Below are positions 24,243-36,286 of a DNA stretch of 64,000 bases, piece after piece; the first letter of the stretch is position 1, and the number at the start of each line of letters is the position of its first letter. This stretch comes from Utricularia gibba. Lineage: Eukaryota; Plantae; Magnoliophyta. The stretch covers positions 558,001 to 622,000 of the forward strand of contig NEEC01000008.1 of NCBI GenBank assembly GCA_002189035.1. Direction: 5' to 3'. Below the pieces are notes generated by a model. The model made no database searches and was not told where the DNA came from. It saw only the letters and a list, made by a program, of their open reading frames with translations. Position numbers and translations under genes: made by a program.

Positions 24243-26308
24243 ATGATATTCAACTTCATGGAAACCAGAGTGATAGCCTTTTCTCTCTTATGTCTTTGTG
24301 TGAAATGGGTTGATTCTTACTCTTCTAGTTCAGCCGTTGATAGAGTATCTCGGCTTCCTGAACAACCAAAAGTTACTTTCCAGCAGTTCTCAGGGTATGT
24401 AAAAGTTGATTCCAAAAGAGAAGGATCTCTATTTTACTACTTTGTTGAAGCTGAAGTTGATCCGGAGTCTAAGCCTCTAGTTCTCTGGTTGAATGGAGGT
24501 GAGTAAAGTGTTCTTAACTCTCTGATACCTGTAAAAAATCTTCAAAAAGGAACTCAAATGCGGAAGGTGCTGCTGAATCAAAAAGGTTCTTTTCCTTGGG
24601 ATTTGTGCTTGTGCTTTGTTTCCAGGGCCGGGGTGTTCATCTCTGGGCGTTGGGGCATTTTCGGAGAATGGTCCATTTAGGCCAAGCACCAAGGGACTGG
24701 TGAGGAATTACTACAGCTGGAACACTGGTACTGCTTTCTATTTCAGCTCCTTTTTTGCAAGTTTTTTGTGCTGCATCAAGCTTTTGCAAGCTTTGTGTTA
24801 TTTCTTTTACAGAAGCAAATATTCTGTACTTGGAATCACCTGTGGGAGTGGGTTTTTCATACTCTAGGAACTCCTCTTATGGTGTCAATGACAAGACAAC
24901 AGGCATGCTCCTCCAGAATATAGCTCCACTAGCCATAATCAGAAGCAAATCTTTGGAAACTAGCATAACATTTTTATCTGCATTGTTGCAGCTGAGGACA
25001 ACTTGATTTTCTTGCAAAACTGGTTTATCAAGTTTCCACAGTACAAACACAGCAGCTTGTATATCACAGGAGAGAGCTATGCAGGTTGGCCAGGGGACCA
25101 GCGCAAAATTTTTATCCTTACCCAATCTCAACCACTTTGGTTTTTGTTAAAGTTTTCGTATCTTTCGTTTTTAGGCCACTATGTTCCTCAGCTTGCTGAA
25201 CGGATGCTTCAGTTCAACGAGAAGCAGAAAATGTTCAACTTGAAAGGACTTGCTGTGAGCACTGCTGCATATCAAGAACTGTTTTACTTTTCAATAAAAA
25301 AAAATCACATTTGTTGTTGTTTCTTCAGCTCGGGAATCCAGTTCTTGAATTCAGTACAGATTTCAACTCAAGGGCTGAGTTTTTTTGGTCTCACGGGCTG
25401 ATTTCAGATGCCACCTACACATTGTTCACCTCTGCTTGCAACTATTCGCGCTACGTTAGTGAATATTACAGAGATTCTCTTTCGGCTACTTGTTCCAAAG
25501 TGATGAGCCTGGTTTCTGCGGAGACCAGCAAATACGTAGACAAATACGATGTCACTCTCGATGTCTGCATCCCTTCTGTCCTCTCGCAATCCAGATCTTT
25601 TACTCCTCAGGTAACTTTTGAAGTTACCAGAACTTTAAAAAACATGTCTCCTATTATCTGATCTTACTCTTCTGGACATGTAGCAAGTCACTGAGAGCAT
25701 CGATGTTTGCATCGAGGATGAGACCACTAAGTACTTGAACAGGAGAGATGTTCAAGAGGCACTCCACGCACGCCTTGCTGGAGTGAAGAGATGGGCAGTT
25801 TGCAGCAAGTAAATATCCGGAAACCCTTCTTGTTCTCTTTCCAAAAGGCCATCCATTATAACTTGCCATGATCATGCTGCAGAGTACTGGATTATGAGCT
25901 GCTTGACCTCGAGATACCAAGCATCAACATCGTGAGCAGGGTGATCCTGGCGGGGATTCCGGTTCTAATTTACAGGTAATGAATGCATCATGAAGTTTCC
26001 ATAGCGAATTCACCCTGCATCTAATCGCTCAAGCAAATGCCAGTGGCGATCAAGACTCCGTAATACCCTTGACCGGGACACGAAGGCTTGTCCATCGCCT
26101 GGCGAAGCAGCTCCGACTGAGACCAACCACACCCTACCGAGTGTGGTTTGCAGGGATGCAGGTCGGGGGTTGGACGCAGGTCTACGGTAACATCCTCTCC
26201 TTCGCCACCGTGCGAGGAGCTTCCCACGAGGCCCCCTTCTCGCAACCGGAGAGATCCCTGGTGCTCTTCAGGTCCTTTCTGGAGGGCAGGCCTCTGCCAG
26301 AGCAGTGA
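24243..26308 (+). CDS. SCPL45: Serine carboxypeptidase-like protein (SCPL45/46 type), 9 exons, secreted
   Basis: Exons 24243-24498, 24626-24727, 24813-24902, 24992-25084, 25176-25254, 25329-25610, 25684-25808, 25883-25975 and 26044-26308. LWLNGGPGCSS, GESYAG (Ser), SGDQDS (Asp), RGASHE (His). Start could be 24258. Intron 3 has a GC donor. Confidence 0.95.
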
Positions 26309-27252
26309 ATCACTGCTCCAACTACGTGGGCCGGCTGTTAAACGAGCCTTTAATGGGCCGACCCTACTTGTATATGGCTCGACCCGTCGGCCCAGACGAG
26401 ATTTCCTTCCTAGAGCAGGATTATCCGGGGCCCACTACAATGAAGGAAATCGCACTCCTCATTAGGTTTTAAAATAATGAACTCAATTAATTCAGAGGAC
26501 AGCTTCAATATATTTAAAAAATAATATTTATTTTTGAGAAAGAGTGGTTCCCACAATTAATAAAAGATTCAACTAATTAATTGAGATCTTCAATTAATCC
26601 CGTCATTAATGATGCGTGAAAAAGAGTTAATGATGCATTATTATCAACCATTATGGGATCAGTGGCCCCACACGCTTAATGATTTTGCCCCTTCAAAGGA
26701 TAATTCATATTACTTTTGTTTCAAAATAATACCACATAAAATTCTCTTCAATAATTACTAATTCATATATCAACTATATGATGAATAATACTATTTATCA
26801 ATATTACACACAATCATATCCAAATACTCCTTATTTCAAAGAGAATAGCATAAATCACATAAATATTTTCAAAAATCTAATGTGTTTTTATCTTTAAATA
26901 CATGGACTATATTAGAAAATAAAAAGAGTTGTAAAGATCATATTGGGACTACTTGGAACCGAATGAATAAAAAATATTTTTATATAAGCTGGATGCTATT
27001 GCATGAGTATTATTCAAAAAAAGATACAATTTAGAATATTATAGTAGTTTTTGGTGCTTGAATAAAAATAAGTTTTTATTTTTAATGTTAGTTTAATAAT
27101 AAGATACTAATATATTTATGTACAATATATACTCAATTATATATAATGTTTGATATTTAAAAATAGAAATCTAAGTATATAAATGATATAAATATAATTA
27201 GTCTACTCCTTTATTTATCTATATTATTCATATGTTTAAAAAATAAGAATAC

Positions 27253-27256
<4 letters not shown>

Positions 27257-27283
<27 letters not shown>
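27257..27283. repeat. (TA)13 microsatellite
   Basis: Read directly from the sequence. Confidence 0.95.
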
Positions 27284-27285
<2 letters not shown>

Positions 27286-28036
27286 TAGCTAATTAAATAG
27301 TGGTTTATGTATAAATTTGAATATAAATATTTTATATTATGTTATCAAACATTCTATTAATGTTGAGGACACAATAAATGAAAAAGAAATCTTTTTTTTT
27401 TTGTTAAAAGCAGCCAAAATTGGCACACATTCCTGCCTCGTCGTTGTTCTCATTCATTTCCGAGCAAACCCTAATTAATTTATTGAGTTTTTATCGGAAT
27501 ATAATATATCATTTGGACATGTGTGTGCACGTGCCGCCTCATTCCAATTCAGCTCACGTGTGTTGTAGGTGCGGTGCATTCTACGAATATCGAAAGAAAC
27601 GCGGGCGGTTTTTGTAAATAACGGAAATTAGATAAGATTCTTGGCGGCCAGTAATGTTTATAATAATGCACCAAAAATAATGATAAAGCAAATAAACAAT
27701 TATGAGCGGCCATTGGGAGGATGCCACGCGTCCTCGAAAGCCCGAGCCTCATCATTCGATTTGAAATTTAAAGTACAGACAGATGCCAGTGGGCCCGTAA
27801 GATAGATAACTGGGGGGGCCCACGACGGCATGATGATGAAATCGGGTGACCCGGACGCGGATAACCCGGTCCGATGCATTTTCCATGAGACGGAAAGTAA
27901 AACCGTCTTTCTTTTTTTTTTTCGTCAAAAGGAGCAGACTTTGATCCAGTTGTGTCCAAAACTCTCTCCTCTCTGTCCGTTTTCTTCTTTCTCTGGTCTC
28001 GTTCAACCTCTCCCATAACCGTTTGTCTTTGTCGTT

Positions 28037-28245
28037 TATGTATCTTGGTCCAAATTGGGTTGTTTTCGTCTTCCATCGTTTTGCGGCAGACGTTGGAGAG
28101 CAGGAACTCCATCTGTCCAAATTGGTTTGCTGGAGGGGTGGAGATCAGGGTCTCTATCTGTACAAATTGGCTTGTTTTCGTGTTCCATCATCTTGCTGTA
28201 GGCGGTGGAGGTCAGGATCTCCACCTTTGGTTGCTGACGGAGTAT
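28037..28245. repeat. Diverged ~112-bp direct duplication upstream of the MEI2-like gene
   Basis: caaattgg.ttgttttcgt.ttccatc.t.ttgc.g.ag.cg.tggag..cagga.ctcca at 28051 and 28163, with a third caaattgg at 28118. Confidence 0.7.
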
Positions 28246-28923
28246 TTTGGTTGGAGAGAAGCCCAGTTTTGAAGCAACTGATTTAGGAGAAAAAGAAGAA
28301 CAGGGGATTGAATTCATGCATTATTTGTTGGAAGGAAGTGATCATGTAGGGGAGAGAAAGAATGATCCATGGTATTTGACGTGTAATGAAAGGAAAAGAT
28401 GAAGAGAGAGAAAGGGACCGAAGAAGAAGTACATGCGGAGGAGGGGGTCATTTGCACGGCACAGATACCTAGATCTCTTCTTCATCAATCTCCCTCGTCC
28501 TTGCCTTATATCCTAGTTTATTCCCTGTTTTCTGTCATTCTTGAGTTCTGACTTGTTCCTTTCTTCCTTCATTCGCACTTCTTTGGGTTCTCCTGCTTTC
28601 TGAACTTCTTCTAGTATCCCCATTATGCTTTTTCTTGGTAACCTTTTCTTTTGCTCCTCGGCCTGCTCTGCTTCGGGGACCATGATATGACCCTGCAGGT
28701 GTGATTTCTTTTACTGGCTGCGACGGGTTTTGTGTTTAAGGTCCTAAGTTTTTACCTTTGCTCTGCAAATCTTGTGCTAGCTTGTGTTATATGCTTTTCA
28801 ATTCTGGGACATCTGACTTTTGTAATGTTATGCAGGCACTTGTTGAGCCTGTTAAGAAAAGGCCATTTTTGTGCAGAGGTTGGGCCCCCTCACAGAATTC
28901 ATGCTTTGTGGATACTTGAAGTG

Positions 28924-31900
28924 ATGAACTCTCAAGGACTTTCTGCTCCACCTCTCTTTCCAGAAGGAATATCTTTGTCTGATGAGGTATTGATTATCAA
29001 ATAACAATGTGGGATAAATTCTCTAAGCACTTTCCAGTCTGAAACTACTCTTTTAAAACCTATAATGGGTCGATTACTTCAGAAGAATCAGATAAGAACT
29101 GAAACGCAGATTGCAGTTAATAGATTACAACGAGTTTGTGTGAGTTCAAGTGCATATTTTTCTGTGTGACTAGAATGCAGTTATTTGTCTACTTGCGTTG
29201 CAGAGGCAATTTGATTGCAAGATGAAAGACCACGTGACAGGTTGCTCTGGTAAGTTGGCATTCTTGATGGCGATCTTCTTCCAAGATAGGACATCCAGTT
29301 CATTATCCCGTTTTTTCACTTGGCGTCTTTATTAAAGAGATCAATGCATTCATTTTTGGAAAGGAAACAAAGTGCGGTAGTTCAATGAAAACAATTTCAG
29401 CTACTGAGATCACCTTTTTCGTACTTTCTTGTTCACATATACATGCTGTCTGCTTCACACCATAAATGTTAGATGTTTCTAGTATTGTAGTCTTATGATG
29501 CCATAACTCTGAGAATCAAGAAATTTATTTTTTCATGCAGCAGAGTTACCCTCAAATTATGCTGGACATAAAAGACATTCAAAAGGAATACCTGCTTCCA
29601 TTGCGGACAATTATGAGGAATGCTTTGAATCACTTGAAGAACTCGAGGCTCAAAATATTGGTAATCTTCTCCCGGATGATGATGACCTATTTTCGGGGGT
29701 AACTGATGGGTTTGATAGAATTACTCGTCTTAATGGTGATGAAACGGAAGAGTTAGACTTCTTTAGCAGTGTTGGAGGTTTTGAACTTGGAGAAGAAGGC
29801 TTTTCACAAGGGACATTTTCTCTTCGTGCCAGTTGTGGGGAACACCCTCGAGGTGAGCATCCATCAAGAACACTTTCTGTGAGGAATATAAATAGCAATG
29901 TTGAAGATTCTGAATTGAGAACGATTTTTGAGGTAACTGCTAACACTACCGCATTTTATCGTGGATGCATTCACATCAGTTACTGGTTTTTTTTTTTTTT
30001 TTTTTTTTTTTTGTGGCTGTAGCAATATGGAGATATTCGCACCCTTTATACAGCTTGCAAGCATAGGGGTCTTGCTATGGTTTCATACTATGATATAAGA
30101 GCATCATCGAATGCAATGAAAGCTTTGCAGAATAAATCATTAAAAGGTCAAAAACTCGACATACACTTCTCAATTCCTAAGGTATCATTTCAGTAGATTT
30201 TATTGCACATATGTGTGAGCATTTTGTGTTTTATTAATTAACTTCTCGCAAGTTTCAGGAAAACCCAACAGAGAAAGATATCAATCATGGTACTATTGCT
30301 GTTTTCAACCTGGATTCCTTGGTTTCAAATAGTGAGCTTGTTGAAATTTTTTGTGCCTATGGTGAAGTCAAGGAGGTGAGCCTAAATATCCTTCAGAGTG
30401 CACGTACCGTATAATTTCTTGCTCACCTGGAGATAAACCTTCCAATATTTTGTTTTCCCCCTAAGCAGATACATGAGATTCCTCGCTGGTCTAATCACAG
30501 AATTGTTGAGTTTTATGATGTCAGAGCTGCAAAATCTGCTCTTTCTGCGTTGAAAAATATTCAAATTGCTGGCAAGCAGATTCATCTTGAACCATGTGGA
30601 CCTGGTGACTTCAAGAGGTTGCATGAAACCTATCTCATTCCTGTTTCTATGTTTTTTTCATATTCTATCATCCTTTTGGTGTTGTTTGTCAATGCTCCTC
30701 CCTGATTGCATTTGAATCTGGCGGGCGTAGTTTCATTTCACTGATGATGTCCTATATCCATTTTGCAGTATTTTCATGCAGCAACTTTCTTCAGAGATTG
30801 AAAAGACAGAATCTTGTAGTCTGTCGAATCAGGAAAGCTGGTCAGCAAATTTGCCCTCTAATTTTTCTGGTAATTTTTTTCCAGAACTACGAGCTCCTTG
30901 TGATAGTTTGATTTGTTTGTGAAGTTGGGATCATTGCATTTTGTTAATGTTAGGCATGCATTCTTCAAATGGACGCTCTGTTGGTTCGCTGGTTGATCAT
31001 GTGATTCACAATGGGGTATCATCTTGTGCATCCAACAGCTTGCCGTCTCTTCTTAGAGCTGATCTTGGGAAACCATACAATGTTGCAAACCACCGAAAGT
31101 TTGAGATCCAGTCATCTAATTTCCACACTCATTCTCATCCTGAATATAATAATGCTTTCTCGAATGTTCATGTGGGAGGATCTCCTAGTCTTGATGGCCC
31201 ACTATTTTGTGGAGCTGTTACTAATGGCCAGCCACTGGAGACGCAAGGTGATTACATAGTGATTTTCTACTCCCTTATGATTTTCAGCAGTCATCAAGAT
31301 TATGATTCTTATTGTTTTTCTCCAGTTGCTGGTTCTGCTGAAAGTGCAAACTGCACTCCTTGCCATAATTTCATGTGGAATAATTCACAGCATCGTCAAA
31401 TTCAGGCCATTCCATGGTCTAATTCGCCATCTTTTTTCAATGGCAATGGTGCTATTCATTCACCAAACTTACATGGAGTTCCTGGGGCTCCCCACACTAG
31501 CCAGCACATTGGATCAGCACCTTCTGTCAACCCCACACTCTGGGACCGGCATAATCCTTATGCTGGAGAGTCCCCTGATGCTAGTTTTTTTCATCCAGGT
31601 TCACTCGGGAACTTTAGAATTTCCGGCAACTCACCACATCCACTGGAGTACATTCCTCGGAACACCTTTCCTCATGCTTTTACGAATGGAATGGATATCT
31701 CACTCCCTTCAAAAGGTGTTGGATTACATGCCCAGCAACAAAGGTGCATGATTTTTCTTTCAAGGCCCAATGAACGAAGTAGACATCACAGAAATGAAGG
31801 GAATCCGAGCCAAACTGAAAGCAAGAAGCAGTTTGAGCTTGATATAGAGAGAATTGTGCGAGGAGAAGATAAGCGGACAACACTTATGATAAAAAACATT

Positions 31901-32760
31901 CCTAATAAGTATGCAAAAGTTGATGAATTCTGTGCTTGTTTACTTGCGAAGATGTCATATTCCACGCCTGGATATGTTATATTCAATGGCAGTTTGGTTT
32001 GACTTGTTCTCTTCTGCAATCCTAGGTACACCTCAAAGATGCTTTTGGCTGCAATTGATGAACAGCATAAGGGGAGCTATGATTTCATTTACTTACCTAT
32101 CGACTTCAAGGCAAGTTTACATTCCTAATGAAATTCCCCGCAGGTGTTTCATGGTAGTTTTCCTTCCTGAACTTTGAAATGATTGTTTCGGATTCATATT
32201 TGTTTCAGAACAAATGTAATGTTGGGTATGCATTCATAAACATGACCCAACCTTCCCTGATAGTCCCATTCCATAAGGTATCCACTGAAATCCTGTTGCC
32301 TGGCATTCTGGCTTTAGTGGCTACAATGACTGTTTCTTCCTGCAGACTTTCAATGGGAAAAGATGGGAAAGGTTCAACAGTGAAAAAGTGGCATCTTTGG
32401 CTTATGCTAGAATACAGGGGAAAGCAGCACTGATTGCGCATTTCCAGAATTCGAGCTTGATGAACGAAGACAAGCGATGCCGTCCTATACTCTTCCATAC
32501 AGAAGGTCCTAATGCAGGAGATCAAGTACGCTCCCTTGTGCCCTCCTACATTCAGCTGTTGGTTATACAAACTTCACATGAATTTGGGATGTTGCCAATC
32601 CGTGCAGGTTCCCTTCCCAGTGGGTACTAACGTTCGTCCAAGACCAGGAAAACTTCGAACCAGTTGCTCGCTAGATGAAAGTGCTCAAGAAAATGCACAG
32701 GCCTCTGTTGTTGGTGATGAGTGTGCGAAAGGAGATCTCTCCCCTAGAGATTCCGATTGA
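28924..32760 (+). CDS. MEI2-like RNA-binding protein (AML1/AML4 type, three RRMs)
   Basis: Exons 28924-28986, 29204-29240, 29541(or 29544)-29932, 30023-30181, 30258-30375, 30469-30617, 30769-30869, 30954-31247, 31326-31908, 32026-32110, 32209-32277, 32346-32525 and 32608-32760. Motifs: ESLEELEAQ.IGNLLPDDDDL, GEHP.GEHPSRTL.VRNINSNVEDSEL, DKRTTLMIKNIPNKYTSKMLLAAIDE, YLPIDFKNKCNVGYAFINM, NSSLMNEDKRCRPILF. Confidence 0.95.
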
Positions 32761-33541
32761 GCTGCTGCTGCTGCTGCTGCCTTCTTTGATTTTGTGTTTA
32801 CTCACTAACCCTGTTGATCGATTTGGTGCTTGATTTTTTGTATATTAAAGCTTCACGTTCATGGTGGGCCGGAGAAGAAGAGCTTCAAGATTTTGGATGA
32901 CATCCCGAGCATGTATAGAGTTCATGTGGTTACCCGTGACATTTTTGTATTCTGTAATTTCCCTCTTCTTGTGTAACATGAGAAGCCAAAGTGTGTTTGG
33001 TAGGATGAGACAAAATCCAATGTCTGAATTTTGCTGTTATGGCTGTCGTCAGCGAACGACTACCTAACTCTTACAATTACCCTGCAAAGGCGGCCGCTCT
33101 CCACAATACTTGCACGCATCTTCTTCAATCTTCATCCACAGGCTGGGTTTGACGGATGGATTCCAAAATTGGTGAAGTGATCGGGAGTCACATGTGAAGA
33201 CTGCGCAAGAACATGACTTTCTTGCAATCTCGTGCCGTAATGCCATTATTATGAAGACGGCGCAGTCCCTCATCCTAACGCAGTCGCCGTCGTCGAGCTC
33301 TGATCCTCACCCGGTGTGAAAGCAGAAAAGGGCCCTCCCCTCTCTGCCCTCTGTTGGGATCCATTTGGTGCAGCGTTCACATTCTGTCCGGCATTCAATG
33401 CGTCTCCATCTCAGATGCCCTTATCTCAGTCTGCATGTTGTCCCTACCGTATCTTTGCTTCCCACCTTCGTCCGATCATTCCCATCTCTCCCGTCTTCTA
33501 TATATAGGGACACCGTCACACGTTGAGAGCACAGATAGACG

Positions 33542-34151
33542 ATGGCTTATCAACAAACTGAGCTTCGATTAGGTAGGTCGTGAGTCACTTCAGATTTCTC
33601 CGGTTCAATGGAATTAAGCTTTGTGAGTTTTTCAACCTGAGCAGGAACCATGGGAAGGCAGCACTACCGGGGAGTGAGGCAGAGGCCGTGGGGCAAGTGG
33701 GCTGCAGAAATACGTGACCCTCAGAAAGCAGTGCGTGTCTGGCTCGGAACTTTCGACACGGCCGAAGAGGCCGCACTCGCCTACGATGACGCCGCACTCA
33801 AATTCAAAGGCTCGAAGGCTAAACTCAACTTCCCGGAACGAGTGGCTCCTTCCCCAGCTGCTGCGTCGTCATCTTCGTTCACCAACAGCGGACATTCTGA
33901 TACTGGCTTACTGTACGACTCCTTTCCTGACCTTCAGCAGTACGTGCAGCTCCTGCGTAGCACTGATGCCGAATTCCCCCATATCACTTCTGCTCTTTGC
34001 GGTAAGCCATCATGTAAGCATGCTTGATTCCGGGCATCGCAGGTTCATTTGACCGGAAAAGTTTTTTCCTTCTGCAGGATCTGTGTTTGGGAATGAAGAA
34101 GATGTAGGTGGTTTTGACTTGGGAGGCTATTCAAGCTTCTATGGCGAGTAA
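33542..34151 (+). CDS. AP2/ERF transcription factor (group X-like), small
   Basis: Exons 33542-33572, 33645-34001 and probably 34078-34151; the unspliced stop would be at 34025-34027. [61 protein letters not shown] tatatag near 33500. Confidence 0.92.
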
Positions 34152-34369
34152 TTGGAGTAAGAGGAAGAGCTGAACCCAGAAGTCGTCGGCGTTTCATGTT
34201 TGCATGAATGTGGGCAAGAGTATTAGTCGCTATGTAATCTCGGAGCTACAGCTTTTCCACTTGATTTCAGTTCATGTCTCGGCATCTCTTCATAGCCACA
34301 GCTTCAATTTCAGAAAAACGACAACATCCCAACCAAAAACAAAACGTGATGGAATTCTAAAAGTGGAAA

Positions 34370-34600
34370 ACGTCTTTTCGGGCCAAACCTACGCAACCCA
34401 CTCTCTCGGCTGTCGGCGCCGCCGCCACTGCCACTGCCTCTCACCCCGCGTCGAACATCGATCGTCGGAACGATTTCACGGGCCTGAACTCGACAATTAA
34501 CTACACTCAACTCGGCCTCTTTCTGAATCCATACATGGGCCTGTAAGAGCTAGGTTGATTCAAGCGAGGCTTGGCCTCTGAGCCCGGCCCTAAATACCGA
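34370..34600. promoter_or_regulatory. Site-II-like (TGGGCC/GGGCC) motifs upstream of the Rieske gene
   Basis: tgggcc at 34536-34541, plus gggcc near 34381 and 34480. Site II elements are established in plant nuclear respiratory-chain gene promoters; function here is inferred. Confidence 0.35.
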
Positions 34601-34733
34601 GGTCGCGTTTCTCGGTCCACGACGCAGCGTCTCCCAAAATTTCGTTCGGAGGAAACGAGCGGAAGATCCTTCAAATCCCTTTTGTAAAATTTATCCAATT
34701 CGAACAAGAGTCGCAAATCTGCGGTGATTGAAG

Positions 34734-35975
34734 ATGTTGAGAGCAGCAGGGAGGAGACTATCTTCCCTTAATTGGGGTTCTCGCCAGGTGTCGCCTGCGA
34801 CGTTCGTCGCTGCGCCGCCCAGAAGCCATCTCGCTGCGGGTTATACTTTTGGGGGATCTGATGGATCGATCTGTTGCCCTGACCGCTCATTCTTCAACCC
34901 AAGTTCCCTCGCTGATCAAATCAGAGGTTTGTTTGGGGCATAATTTTGGGTTCCGTTCTATTAGATTCATTCTTACGTGCGTTTTGTATGCTACGTATTG
35001 GGCTTAAAATTCAAACTTTGTGAAATGATTCTTTTATCATTTTCCATGACCCCCTGAATCTGTTTGCGATTTCTCTACCTGCTTTGCTTTTGTGGGCAAT
35101 GAATTTGCATCTTCGTGTGCGTGTGTTTTGCCGTAATTTCAAAGATCTTGTGGCTGGATATGATAATGGCTGCAGTTTCAAACATGCCGAGCAATTTCTT
35201 GTTTTATATGAGATGAACATTCATCTGCTTACAGTCTCTGAGGAGCCCAGGTCTATTGGTCGCAGTTTTGACATTGCTTAAACGGATTGTGCAGAGTTAA
35301 AACTGTCTGCTGTGATTTTCAGGGTTTTGCTCTGGTGCAATAGCACCAGGTCAAGATGTGCATGAAACTGGGTTGATTTCCGATATCCCTGCCACGGTAG
35401 CGGCTATCAAGAATCCCAGTTCAAAGATTACTTATGATGAGCATAACCACGAGCGCTACCCTGTAGGCGACCCAAGCAAACGTGCATTTGCTTATTTTGT
35501 GTTGACTGGGGGGAGGTTCGTGTATGCATCATTGGCCCGCCTCTTGATCCTCAAATTTGTTTTGAGCATGTCGGCCAGTAAGGATGTCCTAGCTCTTGCA
35601 TCCCTAGAGGTCGACCTGTCCAGCATCGAACCCGGGGCTACAGTTACAGTGAAGTGGCGTGGGAAGCCGGTGTTCATCCGGCGCCGGACGGATGATGATA
35701 TCAAGTTGGCTAACAGCGTTGACGTTGCATCGCTGCGTGATCCACAGGAAGATGGGGTTAGGGTCAAGAACCCAGAATGGCTTGTGGTGGTGGGTGTGTG
35801 CACTCATCTTGGGTGCATTCCCCTGCCCAATGCCGGTGACTTTGGCGGTTGGTTCTGCCCATGCCATGGCTCGCACTACGACATCTCCGGCAGGATTCGC
35901 AAAGGGCCGGCGCCATACAATCTGGAGGTTCCGACCTACACTTTCTTGGATGACAACAAGCTGTTGATTGGTTGA
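34734..35975 (+). CDS. UCR1: Mitochondrial cytochrome bc1 Rieske iron-sulfur protein, 281 aa
   Basis: Exons 34734-34926 and 35323-35975. Presequence [12 protein letters not shown]; [18 protein letters not shown]; CTHLGC and CPCHGS 2Fe-2S ligands; [10 protein letters not shown]. Confidence 0.97.
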
Positions 35976-36286
35976 TCATCTTGACGGATGACGACGATGA
36001 ATACTTTTCTTGCTTTCTGCTGCTGCTGCTGTTGTCACCCAGCACTTGATCGAATAATGCTCAGTAACTTAGCTTTGTATTCCTTCCGATGAAGGGCTTC
36101 TACTCTGCTTTTTTGGACATCTGGTTTATGAGAAAAAATGCACAATTAAATTAATTAAATAAATCTACCCGTAGGGTTTCGTCTGGAAGGGCGTATTCGT
36201 CATTTCACGATGAAGGTAACGGACCTTGGGTTGGGGGAAATTTATGGCCGTTATCTTTCTTGTGGGCAACTCCACTCGGAATCTTC

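Noticed and set aside
29987-30012. T26 tract as a possible retroposed poly(A) tail
   Set aside because: It lies in the polypyrimidine position of a normal MEI2-like intron, with no SINE body or TSD.
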